A stretch of DNA of 64,000 nt. Source: Felis catus. Lineage: Eukaryota. The first letter of the stretch is position 1. Each line of letters opens with the position of its first letter. Shown in pieces: positions 63,530-64,000 of the stretch. The notes beneath the pieces were generated by a model. It did not search any database and was not told where the DNA came from. It was given only the letters and a program-made list of their open reading frames with translations. The translations under genes were made by a program, and so were the position numbers. The stretch covers positions 78,866,001 through 78,930,000 of the forward strand of contig NC_058368.1 of the NCBI RefSeq assembly GCF_018350175.1, read 5' to 3'.

Positions 63530-64000
63530 GGCTTGTTTTAATTTTCCTACTCCCTTCCTGAACATTCAGTTCTTTCTTCATCCCGAAAATGTTAGCATCT
63601 TCTTTGGGGTGAGCTCATCCAGTCACAAGGGTTTGGTCATCTGCATGTTGATGACTTCCAGATCTTATTTTCTAGTCTCTTCTGAATGTCAGGTCCTTCC
63701 AGCCAATTATTTTTTGGAATTCTACTGGAATCCCAACAAGGTGTTCAAAGTCAACCTGACCAATATAAAATATAAGACTTTCTCAAAAACATATCCTTCT
63801 TGCTGAGAACACTCTGGTTCAATGAGCTCACGCTCTACCCTGTTTCCTGAGACATAATCTTGCAAAACCTCGTTAATGCCTCTCTCTTCTCTTTCCTCTG
63901 CCTCCAGTCTATCCCTTCATCCTGCCAGTCCTGCCTCCAGGGCACCTGTCTCCCCTCCTCTTCACCACTGCTGGTCTCCCTGGATCACCCAGCACCCTTG
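63530..64000 (+). mobile_element. L2 relic (RT-to-3' region)
   Basis: ggtgagctcatccagtcacaaggg...catctgcatgttgatgacttccagatc (L2 YADD-like region)...tcaaagtcaacctgacca. Confidence 0.65.

Overview
Mammalian (felid, most likely cat) genomic DNA. The felid call rests on about 43 carnivore tRNA-derived Can-SINEs, including young SINEC_Fc-type copies, and felid L1 3' ends. The window lies inside the + strand MYO16 (myosin XVI) gene. It holds only two short motor-domain coding exons (7176-7293 and 22683-22830), which join in frame across a 15.4-kb GT-AG intron. The remaining ~41 kb is the start of the next intron; I did not find the following exon in the window. Everything else is intronic: SINEs, L1/L2/MIR relics, MLT LTR fragments, a ~775-bp Tc1/mariner(Tigger)-like non-autonomous DNA transposon, microsatellites and a C-rich minisatellite. 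Except for 7089..7301, which overlaps the first exon, and remnants of L1 ORF2, the listed ORFs look like repeat or chance artefacts. I see no evidence of a novel multi-gene biological system. The notable items are a degenerate myosin switch-I motif, two good CTCF motifs, nested or inverted retroelement structures, an AATAAA array and a SINE inserted into a transposon terminus. Repeat family names come from recalled consensus sequences, not from a database search.
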